A stretch of DNA of 64,000 nucleotides from a virus (taxonomy: Duplodnaviria; Caudoviricetes). Position 1 is the first letter of the stretch, and each line of letters starts with the position of its first letter. The translations under genes were made by a program, and so were the position numbers. The notes under the pieces are model-generated. The model was not told the origin of the DNA. It did no database searches and saw only the letters and a list, made by a program, of their open reading frames with translations. Positions 19,011 through 27,605 of the stretch are shown here, one piece after another. The DNA is taken from positions 160,001 to 224,000 of the IMG/VR virus record IMGVR_UViG_3300014204_013734, one strand, 5' to 3'.

Positions 19011-20024
19011 TCCCCAGATCGCAACTACCACTTCAGACCCCCGGAATTTGAAGGGGACATCGGTAAGTACGACCGTATCTTCGGTCAGGTCTGGGAAGAT
19101 GCGGAACTCCTGGAATACATAGAACGGGCCCTGGACTGGTTCAACATGTTCCCCCCATTGACCCAACGGATCAATACCGTCGACCTCCTTTGCACGGAAA
19201 TGCCTGCGTGGCGTACCGCCATCCTTTGGGGAGCCATTTCCCACGCCTGCTTCGCCCTTGCGGCGAATTGGGTCGTGGACGAATTCAGCCTCAAGGGCGA
19301 CACCACCGTTACCGTTTTCCTGCCTGGGGAAAAATCGGTCAGAATGACCATGGCGGGCGTCTTCGACGCTTGCCACGTTCCTTTCCCAGCTTCCCGCCAT
19401 CCCATGCACCAGGAAATCCGGGATGCTTTCAGGGAAGGGACCTTGATGGTCGCTTCCGTGGATCCCGAAACCGGACGGGTTGAGAAGAGGCAGGTTTCCG
19501 ATGTCCTTCGTCATTTGACGCCTCACAAACGGATGGTCAAGGTGTTTCTGGAAGGGAACCGGTCCGTTACCGTCACTGAAGACCACAGCCTCTTCAAGAT
19601 GGATGGTAAACGGATTGTCCCGGTTCGGACGGCGGACCTGGTGTCCGGTGATATCTTGTCGGTGGTCGCTGAGGGAGAAAATCAGGCATCCGGTGCCAAG
19701 ATCACTTCATTCCTTGATGAACCGAGGGAAGAATTCACCTACGACCTGTCCGTTCCAGGTTTTGAAAACTTCGTCCTTTCCAACGGTATCGTAGCCCACA
19801 ATTCCTATTCCATCGGGGGGGTCAGTCTGGACATTGAAAAATCGTCCAAGTACGAAAGTTTGAAGCAAAACGCCGAATCAATGTTCGACAAATCGACCGA
19901 GGCCAAAAAATCTACCGTGCTTTTTATTCGTGGTTTGCAGCAGCCGCGATTCGGGTTGGGTGTACGCTCGGCGTTTGGTCCCGCCGTTGGTAAGGGGGTG
20001 CTTTCGCCCAGAGCATTCCTGTAA
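18621..20024 (+). CDS. Split-intein C fragment + C-terminal half of the neck protein containing a second cis intein
   Basis: ATG overlaps the endonuclease stop (ATGA). FTGGHKLY, MYDLT..NF..VLVKN|SPDRNYHFRPP; later DEF|SLKGDTTV..TEDHSLF..TYDLSV..IVAHN|SYSIGG. Confidence 0.85.
   Translation: MITDAQKNKLRTAFKKNELRIRSVSPEGTVVWKRVLQVFRNEVPWERIVSITTPYGSIPFTGGHKLYTTPTVKKKAEDFRPGDHVVAVVDDKILYVPVTEIKELPPRQFMYDLTADTWANFSCCGVLVKNSPDRNYHFRPPEFEGDIGKYDRIFGQVWEDAELLEYIERALDWFNMFPPLTQRINTVDLLCTEMPAWRTAILWGAISHACFALAANWVVDEFSLKGDTTVTVFLPGEKSVRMTMAGVFDACHVPFPASRHPMHQEIRDAFREGTLMVASVDPETGRVEKRQVSDVLRHLTPHKRMVKVFLEGNRSVTVTEDHSLFKMDGKRIVPVRTADLVSGDILSVVAEGENQASGAKITSFLDEPREEFTYDLSVPGFENFVLSNGIVAHNSYSIGGVSLDIEKSSKYESLKQNAESMFDKSTEAKKSTVLFIRGLQQPRFGLGVRSAFGPAVGKGVLSPRAFL
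19287..19802 (+). mobile_element. Cis mini-intein (172 aa, no endonuclease)
   Basis: Ser1 block A, VTEDHSLF block B, TYDLSVPGFENFVLSNGIVAHN/S blocks F-G. Confidence 0.92.
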
Positions 20025-20152
20025 AACCTAATAATTTCAAACGCTTACAAAAACCTGCCGATTTTACTTGCAGTTTTGTTTTGGTTGTTGCCTTGGGTGT
20101 TGTATGTAAGTATTTTCATGCAGTTTTATCCATTTTAGTTCTTATTATTTAC

Positions 20153-20181
20153 TTGCTTTCTTTTCCGTAGCTTTATACAAT
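20153..20181 (+). promoter_or_regulatory. Sigma70-like promoter
   Basis: TTGCTT-17 nt-TACAAT in an AT-rich intergenic region; AGGAGG RBS follows. Confidence 0.55.
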
Positions 20182-20201
20182 AGGCAATTAGGAGGTGTCC
20201 T

Positions 20202-22991
20202 ATGCCTGTTTGTGAAGGTTGTGGAAAAGAATACAGTAAGGGCGGTTTGAATTCACACCGTAAAACATGTATTTCTTATCAAGAATGGGCAAAGCAACTG
20301 CCCTTTTCTTGTGCTTGTGGGTTTCATTTTGCCACAGAAAGATCATTACGATCTCACAAAAAAGGTTGTGGCAAGGCGGAACGATTGCGGCTGGGAGGGC
20401 GAAAGTGTGTTTGCGGTCAAACTTACTGGTCGGTTTCGGAACACCGTAAAACTTGTCCTGGTGCACCAGAAGAGTCTTCGTCTTTGGTGGTATTGAAAGA
20501 CCCACCTCCCGGATTTTGTGCGTGTGGAAGGGATTTTTCCGCCAGCAATCAAAGATCAACTTTGCACAAACATCAGCAGGGGTGTTCGGCGTGGCACGTC
20601 TGGCAAAAGACATTGCCAGTCAAATGCGAAGGTTGCGGTCTTGGTTTTAAAGACCAGTTTAGCAAACGGTCGCATGCACAATTATGTTCTGATTGGCAGC
20701 GTTGGAAACAGATAAAAGACGAAAAGGAAAAGAAATTCCCTTGCCCTTCTTGTGGAATGTTGTTTCGTGGTCTTAAATTAGGTCTTCACGTTAATTCTTG
20801 TTCCGGGCCATGGACAAAACGTGATTGGGCTCGGCAACATAGACGAAGTAAGAGCAAGAGATTAGGTTTGATGAATCAAAAATTTCGGGAAGGGGCGGAT
20901 TTTGTCACCTGCTTGTTGTGTGGGGACCGTTTTCGTTCATTGTCCTTCCACTTGACTAGTCAGCATGGCATTGATACTGTGGAATACAGGTGCAGATTTG
21001 GAGGGGCTTCGGTGTCTGGAAACACCCAAGCTAAAAGAAAAGCAACAATGATGGACCGATACGGGTATCCTACACTTCTTCAACATCCCGTGTTATCTAA
21101 ACAGATACAAGAAAAGAGAAAAGCTACTTGTCGTAAACGGTATGGAGGAGACAGCCCTTTTTCTTCTAACTTGACAAGACCCCCAAAGAAAAACCGTTTG
21201 GAGTCAACGGTGGAAATGATTTCCCCTAAAAATGTGATCTATGTTGGAGATTTTCGTTACTGGATACAGTGCAAAGATGTGACGGGGAAGTGGATCAACA
21301 GAAATCCGGATTTCGTAGTGTATGACAAGGATAAGATGGATATTCTTTACAGCGGGGTTGTTCCGAACAAGATTCGCACTTGGAAAATTGTAGAAGTTCT
21401 AGGTGACTATTTTCACGGTCCAAAACTAAAAGGTTTGGATAGGGCAGCTTACACAGCCATGAGGATTGCAGAATATGCTTCCGTTAAGGTTCATTGCCTG
21501 ATCTTATGGGAATCTGAAATAAAGGATGACTTGGAAGCCGTTCGTGCCCGGTTATCCGCCTTTGCTGAAGAAAACCCCGTTTGTTTGAATTCGGATTCCG
21601 TCATTGGGGTTCCCCCTTCAAAATTTGACTTTGACAGGTATTACAAACGGAAGTTGTGGGCGGATGGGTTGGTAGAAGGGAAGGATTTTGTTTCCTGTCC
21701 GATTTGTGTGGCTTCCGATTCAGAGAAGGAATATCGGGCGCTACGTCTGGCCGACCACTTGAAACTGGTTCACGGGTTGTCCAGGGCGGAATTTGAGAAG
21801 CAGTTTCCAGGGTCCCCCATCGTTGCCCCTGTCGTCTATGAGAAGCGATCCAAGACCGTTAAGGCACTTTACGGCGTTGACAATGTGTTCCAGGCTGAAT
21901 CCATCAAAGAAAAGTCCAGGGAAACTGTCAGGGCCGAATATGGGGTGGACCATTCATCTCAAATACCTTCTGTCGTCCGACAGCGGGCAATGACCAATCT
22001 GTCCCGTTACGGACATGAAAACCCGTTCGGTGGGGAAGCCGTACAGGAAAAAATCCGCAAGACCATGACGGAACGGCACGGTGCCCCTAACCCCCAACAG
22101 GTTCCTGAAATCAGGGCACGCACTTTGGAAACCTGCAAGGATCTGTATGGGGATGAATTCTTTTTCCGCACGGAAGAATTCAGGAAGAAATTCCGGGAAG
22201 TCAGCCAGGAACGATTCGGTGCGGATCATCCGATGCAATCCGATGAAGGAAAAGCCTTGTGTGTAAAGGGTTGTCAAGAACATTTGGGGGTTGACAACCC
22301 TTTCCTTGTGCCGGACATTTTCAAGAAGTCTTACGAAACCAATCTAGCTAATCATGGGAGCAAGCATTCACAGCAGTGTAAGGAAGTACTTAAAAAAGCC
22401 CGTCAGACTTGGATGGAAAGGATTGGTGTTGACAATCCGTCAAAGTCGGAAGAAGTTAGGGCTAGGATGCGGGCAACATGGATGGAAAAGTATGGGGTTG
22501 ATCATCCGTTCAAAACCGAAATGGTTAGGCAAAAACTCAGGGAAGCTTTTATCAAAGCTTATGGAGTCCCTTTCTTTCCCAGCAGTGCTTTTTTCAAACA
22601 AAACCGCCCCAACAAGTTGGAAAAGAAATTTGATGCCTTGTCCCCCGTCAATGTGGTTTATGCGGGAGATGGGTCCTATTGGATCAAGCATACCGGGGCG
22701 ACCAATTCTCGTAATCCAGATTTTGTAATCTTGGATCAGGATCAGTTGGAATCCTGGAAGTCTGGGACGGCCTTGAACAAGCTCCGCACTTGGGGTACTG
22801 TAGAAATCCTAGGTGTTTACTGGCACGGACCTAAATTTACAGGGAAGAACCGTGATGACCATCAACTGGAAATCATTGAGTATTACGCCAAGTGCGGGAT
22901 TTCCTGTTTGGTTGTATGGGAAGATGATTTGAATTCCGATCCTGCTACCGTTGTCACCCGTCTTCAGCGGTTCCTCGGGTTTCAGCACTAA
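20202..22991 (+). CDS. Zn-finger/repeat protein with two Vsr-like PD-(D/E)XK nuclease domains (putative homing endonuclease)
   Basis: Many CxC/CxxC; MucR-like C2H2 (VTCLLCG..HLTSQHG); about 10 K-T-x-x-E-R/K-Y-G-V-D-N/H-P repeats; RNPDFV..VE(V/I)LG.Y(F/W)HGPK..L(I/V)(L/V)WE twice. Confidence 0.7.
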   Translation: MPVCEGCGKEYSKGGLNSHRKTCISYQEWAKQLPFSCACGFHFATERSLRSHKKGCGKAERLRLGGRKCVCGQTYWSVSEHRKTCPGAPEESSSLVVLKDPPPGFCACGRDFSASNQRSTLHKHQQGCSAWHVWQKTLPVKCEGCGLGFKDQFSKRSHAQLCSDWQRWKQIKDEKEKKFPCPSCGMLFRGLKLGLHVNSCSGPWTKRDWARQHRRSKSKRLGLMNQKFREGADFVTCLLCGDRFRSLSFHLTSQHGIDTVEYRCRFGGASVSGNTQAKRKATMMDRYGYPTLLQHPVLSKQIQEKRKATCRKRYGGDSPFSSNLTRPPKKNRLESTVEMISPKNVIYVGDFRYWIQCKDVTGKWINRNPDFVVYDKDKMDILYSGVVPNKIRTWKIVEVLGDYFHGPKLKGLDRAAYTAMRIAEYASVKVHCLILWESEIKDDLEAVRARLSAFAEENPVCLNSDSVIGVPPSKFDFDRYYKRKLWADGLVEGKDFVSCPICVASDSEKEYRALRLADHLKLVHGLSRAEFEKQFPGSPIVAPVVYEKRSKTVKALYGVDNVFQAESIKEKSRETVRAEYGVDHSSQIPSVVRQRAMTNLSRYGHENPFGGEAVQEKIRKTMTERHGAPNPQQVPEIRARTLETCKDLYGDEFFFRTEEFRKKFREVSQERFGADHPMQSDEGKALCVKGCQEHLGVDNPFLVPDIFKKSYETNLANHGSKHSQQCKEVLKKARQTWMERIGVDNPSKSEEVRARMRATWMEKYGVDHPFKTEMVRQKLREAFIKAYGVPFFPSSAFFKQNRPNKLEKKFDALSPVNVVYAGDGSYWIKHTGATNSRNPDFVILDQDQLESWKSGTALNKLRTWGTVEILGVYWHGPKFTGKNRDDHQLEIIEYYAKCGISCLVVWEDDLNSDPATVVTRLQRFLGFQH

Positions 22992-23085
22992 CCCTTTGCT
23001 GCGGTTATCCTTTTATCGTTTCCCTATCTGTGTCAGGCCCAGATATTCTGGGCTTCCATCCTTTCGTATGAAGAGGATTGCAAAC

Positions 23086-23703
23086 ATGTCCAATTTGCGT
23101 GAAAAGATCATCCGTCTGGCCAATGAACATCCTGAAACGAGGAAACATTTGATGCCTATCATCAAGAAAGGGGAATGGGATCCCCGGCACGGGTGGCCAA
23201 AGGCGGAAGCCGACCAGTGGGTTGATCAGGCCACGAAGGACTTGAATAGTCTTGTTGAACAGTTTGTCATGGATGTGCAAAAGAGTGGAAAGTTTGAATT
23301 GCCAGAAGCGAAGCGAATCAGCAATCACTATTTGCCGAAAATTCAAAAGTATTTTGCTGGTAGGTTAGAATCTGTGATTCACATTGATAGTGACCGAAAG
23401 GTAGCTGCAAACGATTTGGCTTCGGTCATGCAGAATAGGATGATAGCTGAACTTTACGACGTGTATCCTAAAGGTCAGGCCAACAAGATAGTAGCAGCTA
23501 TTGAAGGTTTGTTCAAGAAATTGGATTTTTCGTGGGAACCTGAAGGATATTCCAGGTTTCGTATTGAAGTGGTTGCCAAGTTGGGTTCGGTTGAAGTAGG
23601 GTCTATGACCTACAACATGCTGACTGGCGAGGTTGAGATTCGCAGCGGTGTGTTTGCCGATGATCGTTTGGTCAAAGCTATCAATGGCCTAAAAGGGGTC
23701 TAG
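23086..23703 (+). CDS. EHPETR-leader family protein 1
   Basis: MSNLREKIIRLANEHPETRKHLMPIIKK. Confidence 0.8.
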   Translation: MSNLREKIIRLANEHPETRKHLMPIIKKGEWDPRHGWPKAEADQWVDQATKDLNSLVEQFVMDVQKSGKFELPEAKRISNHYLPKIQKYFAGRLESVIHIDSDRKVAANDLASVMQNRMIAELYDVYPKGQANKIVAAIEGLFKKLDFSWEPEGYSRFRIEVVAKLGSVEVGSMTYNMLTGEVEIRSGVFADDRLVKAINGLKGV

Positions 23704-23705
23704 AG

Positions 23706-24182
23706 ATGGATCAGCTTCTTGTTAGGTTAGCAAAGATTGCTTCCGAGCACCCTGAAACCAGGAAGTGTCTTGTTCCTTTGATTAAAGAAGCTGGCGGTAA
23801 GGTTGCTTACAGAATGGATTCTGATTTCACTGAGGGTGTCAAAGAAATGTGGCCAAAAGTCCTTAAGTGGCTGCGGTCTGGGGATACCAACAGAATCCAA
23901 AAGAATTTTCAAACATCCAAGCAAGAGGCTTTGATGTTTATCGGAAACGCATCCCAAATAATTAATCAACACAAGGACCTTCTCAAAGAGGACAAACCAT
24001 ACCTCCTCGGTTCTGTGGCGTGGCACGCCGAAGTTGACGCTAATTTGAAGCGGTATTCCAAAAGGGCGGGGTGGATGATGGCTGCTTGGGCCGGGGCTTT
24101 TCCGGACCGGGCTCTCAAAATGGCTTGGCCTCGTGAAACGTTCCCTGGGCTTGAGGAATGGTGGTCTGAATCCAAGAGATGA
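23706..24182 (+). CDS. EHPETR-leader family protein 2
   Basis: MDQLLVRLAKIASEHPETRKCLVPLIKEA; paralog of the next gene. Confidence 0.8.
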   Translation: MDQLLVRLAKIASEHPETRKCLVPLIKEAGGKVAYRMDSDFTEGVKEMWPKVLKWLRSGDTNRIQKNFQTSKQEALMFIGNASQIINQHKDLLKEDKPYLLGSVAWHAEVDANLKRYSKRAGWMMAAWAGAFPDRALKMAWPRETFPGLEEWWSESKR

Positions 24183-24205
24183 AATTCCGTTGGGAAGGGA
24201 ATTAC

Positions 24206-24718
24206 ATGCAAACGCTTCTTGTTAGATTAGCGAAAATCGCGTCAGAGCATCCTGAAACGAGGAAACACTTGATACCTATCATCAAGGAAACTGGTAGTAA
24301 GTTTGCTTATTCTGCCGATCCCGATTCCGTTGCCAGCACCAAGAAAATGTGGCCAAAAGTCCTTAAGTGGTTGCGGGCCGGGGATACCGCCAGTATTGAA
24401 AATACTTTTGAAGCGTCCAAGCAAGAAGCCTTGACATTTCTTGAATATCCAATCCTACCGTTGTTCTATCGGCACGTGGATCATCTCAAATCAGACCAAC
24501 CTTACCTCAACGAATCTTCTGACTGGCGTGCTGAACTTGATGCCAATTTGAAGGCATATTCCCGAGAGATCGGTTTCATGGTAGCTGCGTGGGCTGGGAT
24601 GTTTCCAGAAGAAGCACTAAAAACAACGTGGCATAAAGAACGTTTCTCCGGGCTTGAGGAATGGTGGTCTGAATCTGGGGCAAAAGAATGGTCTGACAAG
24701 TCAGGGAGACATTCATGA
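24206..24718 (+). CDS. EHPETR-leader family protein 3
   Basis: MQTLLVRLAKIASEHPETRKHLIPIIKET; shares MWPKVLKWLR and GLEEWWSES with the previous gene. Confidence 0.8.
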   Translation: MQTLLVRLAKIASEHPETRKHLIPIIKETGSKFAYSADPDSVASTKKMWPKVLKWLRAGDTASIENTFEASKQEALTFLEYPILPLFYRHVDHLKSDQPYLNESSDWRAELDANLKAYSREIGFMVAAWAGMFPEEALKTTWHKERFSGLEEWWSESGAKEWSDKSGRHS

Positions 24719-25182
24719 ATCGGGAAGAACAAGTGGTGGAAGCCCGAAAGGAAGTGGCAAAATTGGCGGCTTCCGTCAGGACGGCGGCAGGTTATAGCCC
24801 TGATCCCATTAAGAAGTACGTCACCATTGAGTTGACCAATACCGATGTCAGCTTGTTCTTTCATTTGCTGTATCAACCCAAGATTGAGTTGGATGTGTGG
24901 TACGTGGATGTCAAAGACCGAATGATGGACACCGAATCCGACATGAAGAAAGTCTTTGCCAAAATCGACGAAAGTTGGCGAAGTACAAAATTCCGTTTTG
25001 ACCCTTATGTTGAAAAGGCCAAGGAAGGAAATTACCTGCACGTAGGGGGAATTTCTTGGCAAGCTCAATATCCGAAAGGGTGGTTGGAGAAGTTGGGGGT
25101 CCGCAGTGCGAAGGATTTCAAGAAAATGATCCTTCCTTTGATAGGGACTACCTGGGAAGTCCGAGAAGTTTCCATTGTGTAA
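24715..25182 (+). CDS. Hypothetical protein sharing a domain with 26097-26732
   Basis: YPKGWLEKLGV..ILPLIGTTWEVREV vs FPLGWLEELGI..ILPLVGGTWNIREI. Confidence 0.75.
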   Translation: MNREEQVVEARKEVAKLAASVRTAAGYSPDPIKKYVTIELTNTDVSLFFHLLYQPKIELDVWYVDVKDRMMDTESDMKKVFAKIDESWRSTKFRFDPYVEKAKEGNYLHVGGISWQAQYPKGWLEKLGVRSAKDFKKMILPLIGTTWEVREVSIV

Positions 25183-25195
25183 GGAAAGTACTTCC

Positions 25196-25546
25196 ATGAA
25201 AACGCTTCTTGAAAGTTTGAAAAAAGTAGCTGCTGAACATCCTGAAACCAGGAAGGTGCTTCTTCCTCTGATTAAAGAAGCTGTTTCCTGTGGGGAACAC
25301 GGGAAGATCGCCGCATTGGATCCGATCATCAAGCGAATTGGGGATTTGGTGAAGGGTAAGAAACTTGTTGATCTCAGGAAACCCTTGGAAACTATTTTTC
25401 CGAAGAAGGCCATTGACTTTTCTTTTGAAGTGGGGGGCCATTTTACCGTCAAATACAAGGGAAAGACAATTATTTTGGTGAATAAAAAGTATGCTGATGA
25501 TCCAGATTTGGTTGTGGATGATATTGCTATTGGATTTGCTAAATAA
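25196..25546 (+). CDS. EHPETR-leader family protein 4
   Basis: MKTLLESLKKVAAEHPETRKVLLPLIKEA. Confidence 0.8.
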   Translation: MKTLLESLKKVAAEHPETRKVLLPLIKEAVSCGEHGKIAALDPIIKRIGDLVKGKKLVDLRKPLETIFPKKAIDFSFEVGGHFTVKYKGKTIILVNKKYADDPDLVVDDIAIGFAK

Positions 25547-25580
25547 GGGTGTGTTTCGTCTGACCGTGAAAGGGAACTAC

Positions 25581-26048
25581 ATGAAAACGCTTCTTGAGGG
25601 TTTGAAACGGATCGCGTCGGAACATCCTGAAACCAGGAAACATCTCGTTCCGATCCTGAGGGAAGCTATGGATTTCCCTTCTGAAAAAGCATTGAAGGAT
25701 TATCTGAAGGAACATCCAGACGCCGATAAGTCAAAGCATCATGTGAAGAAGCAGAAAGGCAATGAAAAACTGAAATCAAATTTGAAGGATGTGCTCAGAA
25801 CATTTCCGAAAGAATTGGTAGCTGAAGTAGGTCCTGAGCTCCGACGGTTAAATCGTCTTTTGAAAGGCAACCCGGAATTCGGAGACGTGAGTCGGGTCTT
25901 GATAGACGTGCAAACAAAATTGGAAGACCCTTGGAGGGATACTTCAAAGACTGATCCGGCGGAATTCTATAAACGGACACCTCTCAACAAAGCGATTGCC
26001 GACTTTGCAAAAGCCAAGTATGAAGAATTGACGGGGGAACGTTGGTGA
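25581..26048 (+). CDS. EHPETR-leader family protein 5
   Basis: MKTLLEGLKRIASEHPETRKHLVPILREA. Confidence 0.8.
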   Translation: MKTLLEGLKRIASEHPETRKHLVPILREAMDFPSEKALKDYLKEHPDADKSKHHVKKQKGNEKLKSNLKDVLRTFPKELVAEVGPELRRLNRLLKGNPEFGDVSRVLIDVQTKLEDPWRDTSKTDPAEFYKRTPLNKAIADFAKAKYEELTGERW

Positions 26049-26096
26049 TGTTTTGCGTCAGTTACTTGATTGATCAAATTCAGGAGATCGCTTCCC

Positions 26097-26732
26097 ATGT
26101 CCATTCTTGAAGGTTTGAAACGAATCGCATCCGAGCATCCTGAAACCAGGATGGCACTTCTTCCCCTAATCAAGGAAGCATCTTCTTGTGGGGACAAGTA
26201 CAAGAATGATGAGGGTACGTTCAAAGGGAAGCCAGGGGAGAAGTTTGACAACTGCAAGAAATTTATGACGGACTGTCGGGATGACGTGGACGACCCGGAT
26301 GCCCTTTGTGCTTGGATTGGAAGGGAGCACGGGAAGATTGCCGCCGGAACAGACCCTAAGCGGTACCTCCAGATAGATTTGAATCCAACTGGTTTAACTG
26401 TGTATTTCAACTTATTGTACTTAGAAGGCGAAGGATTGACGAACCTGTATGAGGATGTTCAAAAGAACATCAATCTGGCACTTTCCCATTTCAAAGGTTT
26501 CTTTGCGGAAGTAGGGGATGGCGGGGTCATCAAACACAGTCCTAATCTGAAGGATGCTGTTATTTCTCATGAAGTGAACAAGTTGCGGGTGTCCGGCATT
26601 GTTGGTACTGTTAAGTTTCCGTTGGGTTGGTTGGAAGAACTTGGTATTCACGATGAGAACGATTACCGGGAAAAGATCCTGCCTTTGGTAGGAGGTACTT
26701 GGAATATACGTGAAATTTTCATTGGAAAATGA
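26097..26732 (+). CDS. EHPETR-leader family protein 6
   Basis: MSILEGLKRIASEHPETRMALLPLIKEA. Confidence 0.8.
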   Translation: MSILEGLKRIASEHPETRMALLPLIKEASSCGDKYKNDEGTFKGKPGEKFDNCKKFMTDCRDDVDDPDALCAWIGREHGKIAAGTDPKRYLQIDLNPTGLTVYFNLLYLEGEGLTNLYEDVQKNINLALSHFKGFFAEVGDGGVIKHSPNLKDAVISHEVNKLRVSGIVGTVKFPLGWLEELGIHDENDYREKILPLVGGTWNIREIFIGK

Positions 26733-26795
26733 CATGCTTGATTTGGTAGGGACTACCTGGGAAATCAACCTGTCTAAATAGTGAAAGGTACTTCC

Positions 26796-27251
26796 ATGCA
26801 AACGCTTGAAGAGCTGAAGAAAATTGCTGCGGAACATCCGGAAATGCGGAAGAAAATAGTTCCCTTCATCAAGCAGGCATTGGTGAAGCCCGAAGTCAAC
26901 GTGGACGTGAAGCGTGATGGTATCGTCTTCAATTTCACATGGCGTCTTCCTAACATAGGTTCGGTTGATGAATTCCCGATCCACGTCAGGAATGCAACAT
27001 TCCTATTGGATAGTGTAGTAGAAGGTATCCGTAAGGAATTTTCTGGAACGACCAAGAAAGATCAGGACGACCTTATTTGGTTGTGGACTTCCAAGGGAGT
27101 TTACTTGACCGGGCGTTTGATGCCGAATGTTGGTGTTTTCGGTATTCCCGTAGCTGAACATGTGGAACGTCTTGGAGGGCGGAAGTCTTTTGAAACCGTC
27201 CTGAAGGGTTTGTTCAAAGGATGGAATGTTGTCAGCCTAAATTGGACGTGA
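26796..27251 (+). CDS. EHPETR-leader family protein 7
   Basis: MQTLEELKKIAAEHPEMRKKIVPFIKQA. Confidence 0.8.
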   Translation: MQTLEELKKIAAEHPEMRKKIVPFIKQALVKPEVNVDVKRDGIVFNFTWRLPNIGSVDEFPIHVRNATFLLDSVVEGIRKEFSGTTKKDQDDLIWLWTSKGVYLTGRLMPNVGVFGIPVAEHVERLGGRKSFETVLKGLFKGWNVVSLNWT

Positions 27252-27592
27252 CCATTTTTTGGGTTTACGTCATTCAGTCCCAGGAAATCCGTCCAGGCGG
27301 GAAGCCGGGATTTTTCTATGTTGGCTGCACGACCAATCCGGCTCGTCGTCTACGCGAGCATAACGGTTTGTTAGCCGGGGGCGGTAAGTACACTGCCAAA
27401 CACCGGCCTTGGATCGCAAAAAGCTTATACGGACCCTATTCCGGCCGATCAGATGCCATGAAGGCGGAATGGGCTTTGAAGCATGGGAAACGTGGGGCTG
27501 GGCGTCTGAAATGGTCCGTTGATGATTCCCCTTGGTGCCGCGGCAAAGGGCCTGACGATCCTTGGGTCACCGCAGGCATTTCGCCTGTTTGA
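27248..27592 (+). CDS. GIY-YIG nuclease, SLX1-like
   Basis: WVYVIQS..FYVGCTTNPARRLREHNG..GGKYTAKHRPW..AMKAEWALK. Confidence 0.88.
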   Translation: MTIFWVYVIQSQEIRPGGKPGFFYVGCTTNPARRLREHNGLLAGGGKYTAKHRPWIAKSLYGPYSGRSDAMKAEWALKHGKRGAGRLKWSVDDSPWCRGKGPDDPWVTAGISPV

Positions 27593-27605
27593 AAGGAACT
27601 TTTAC

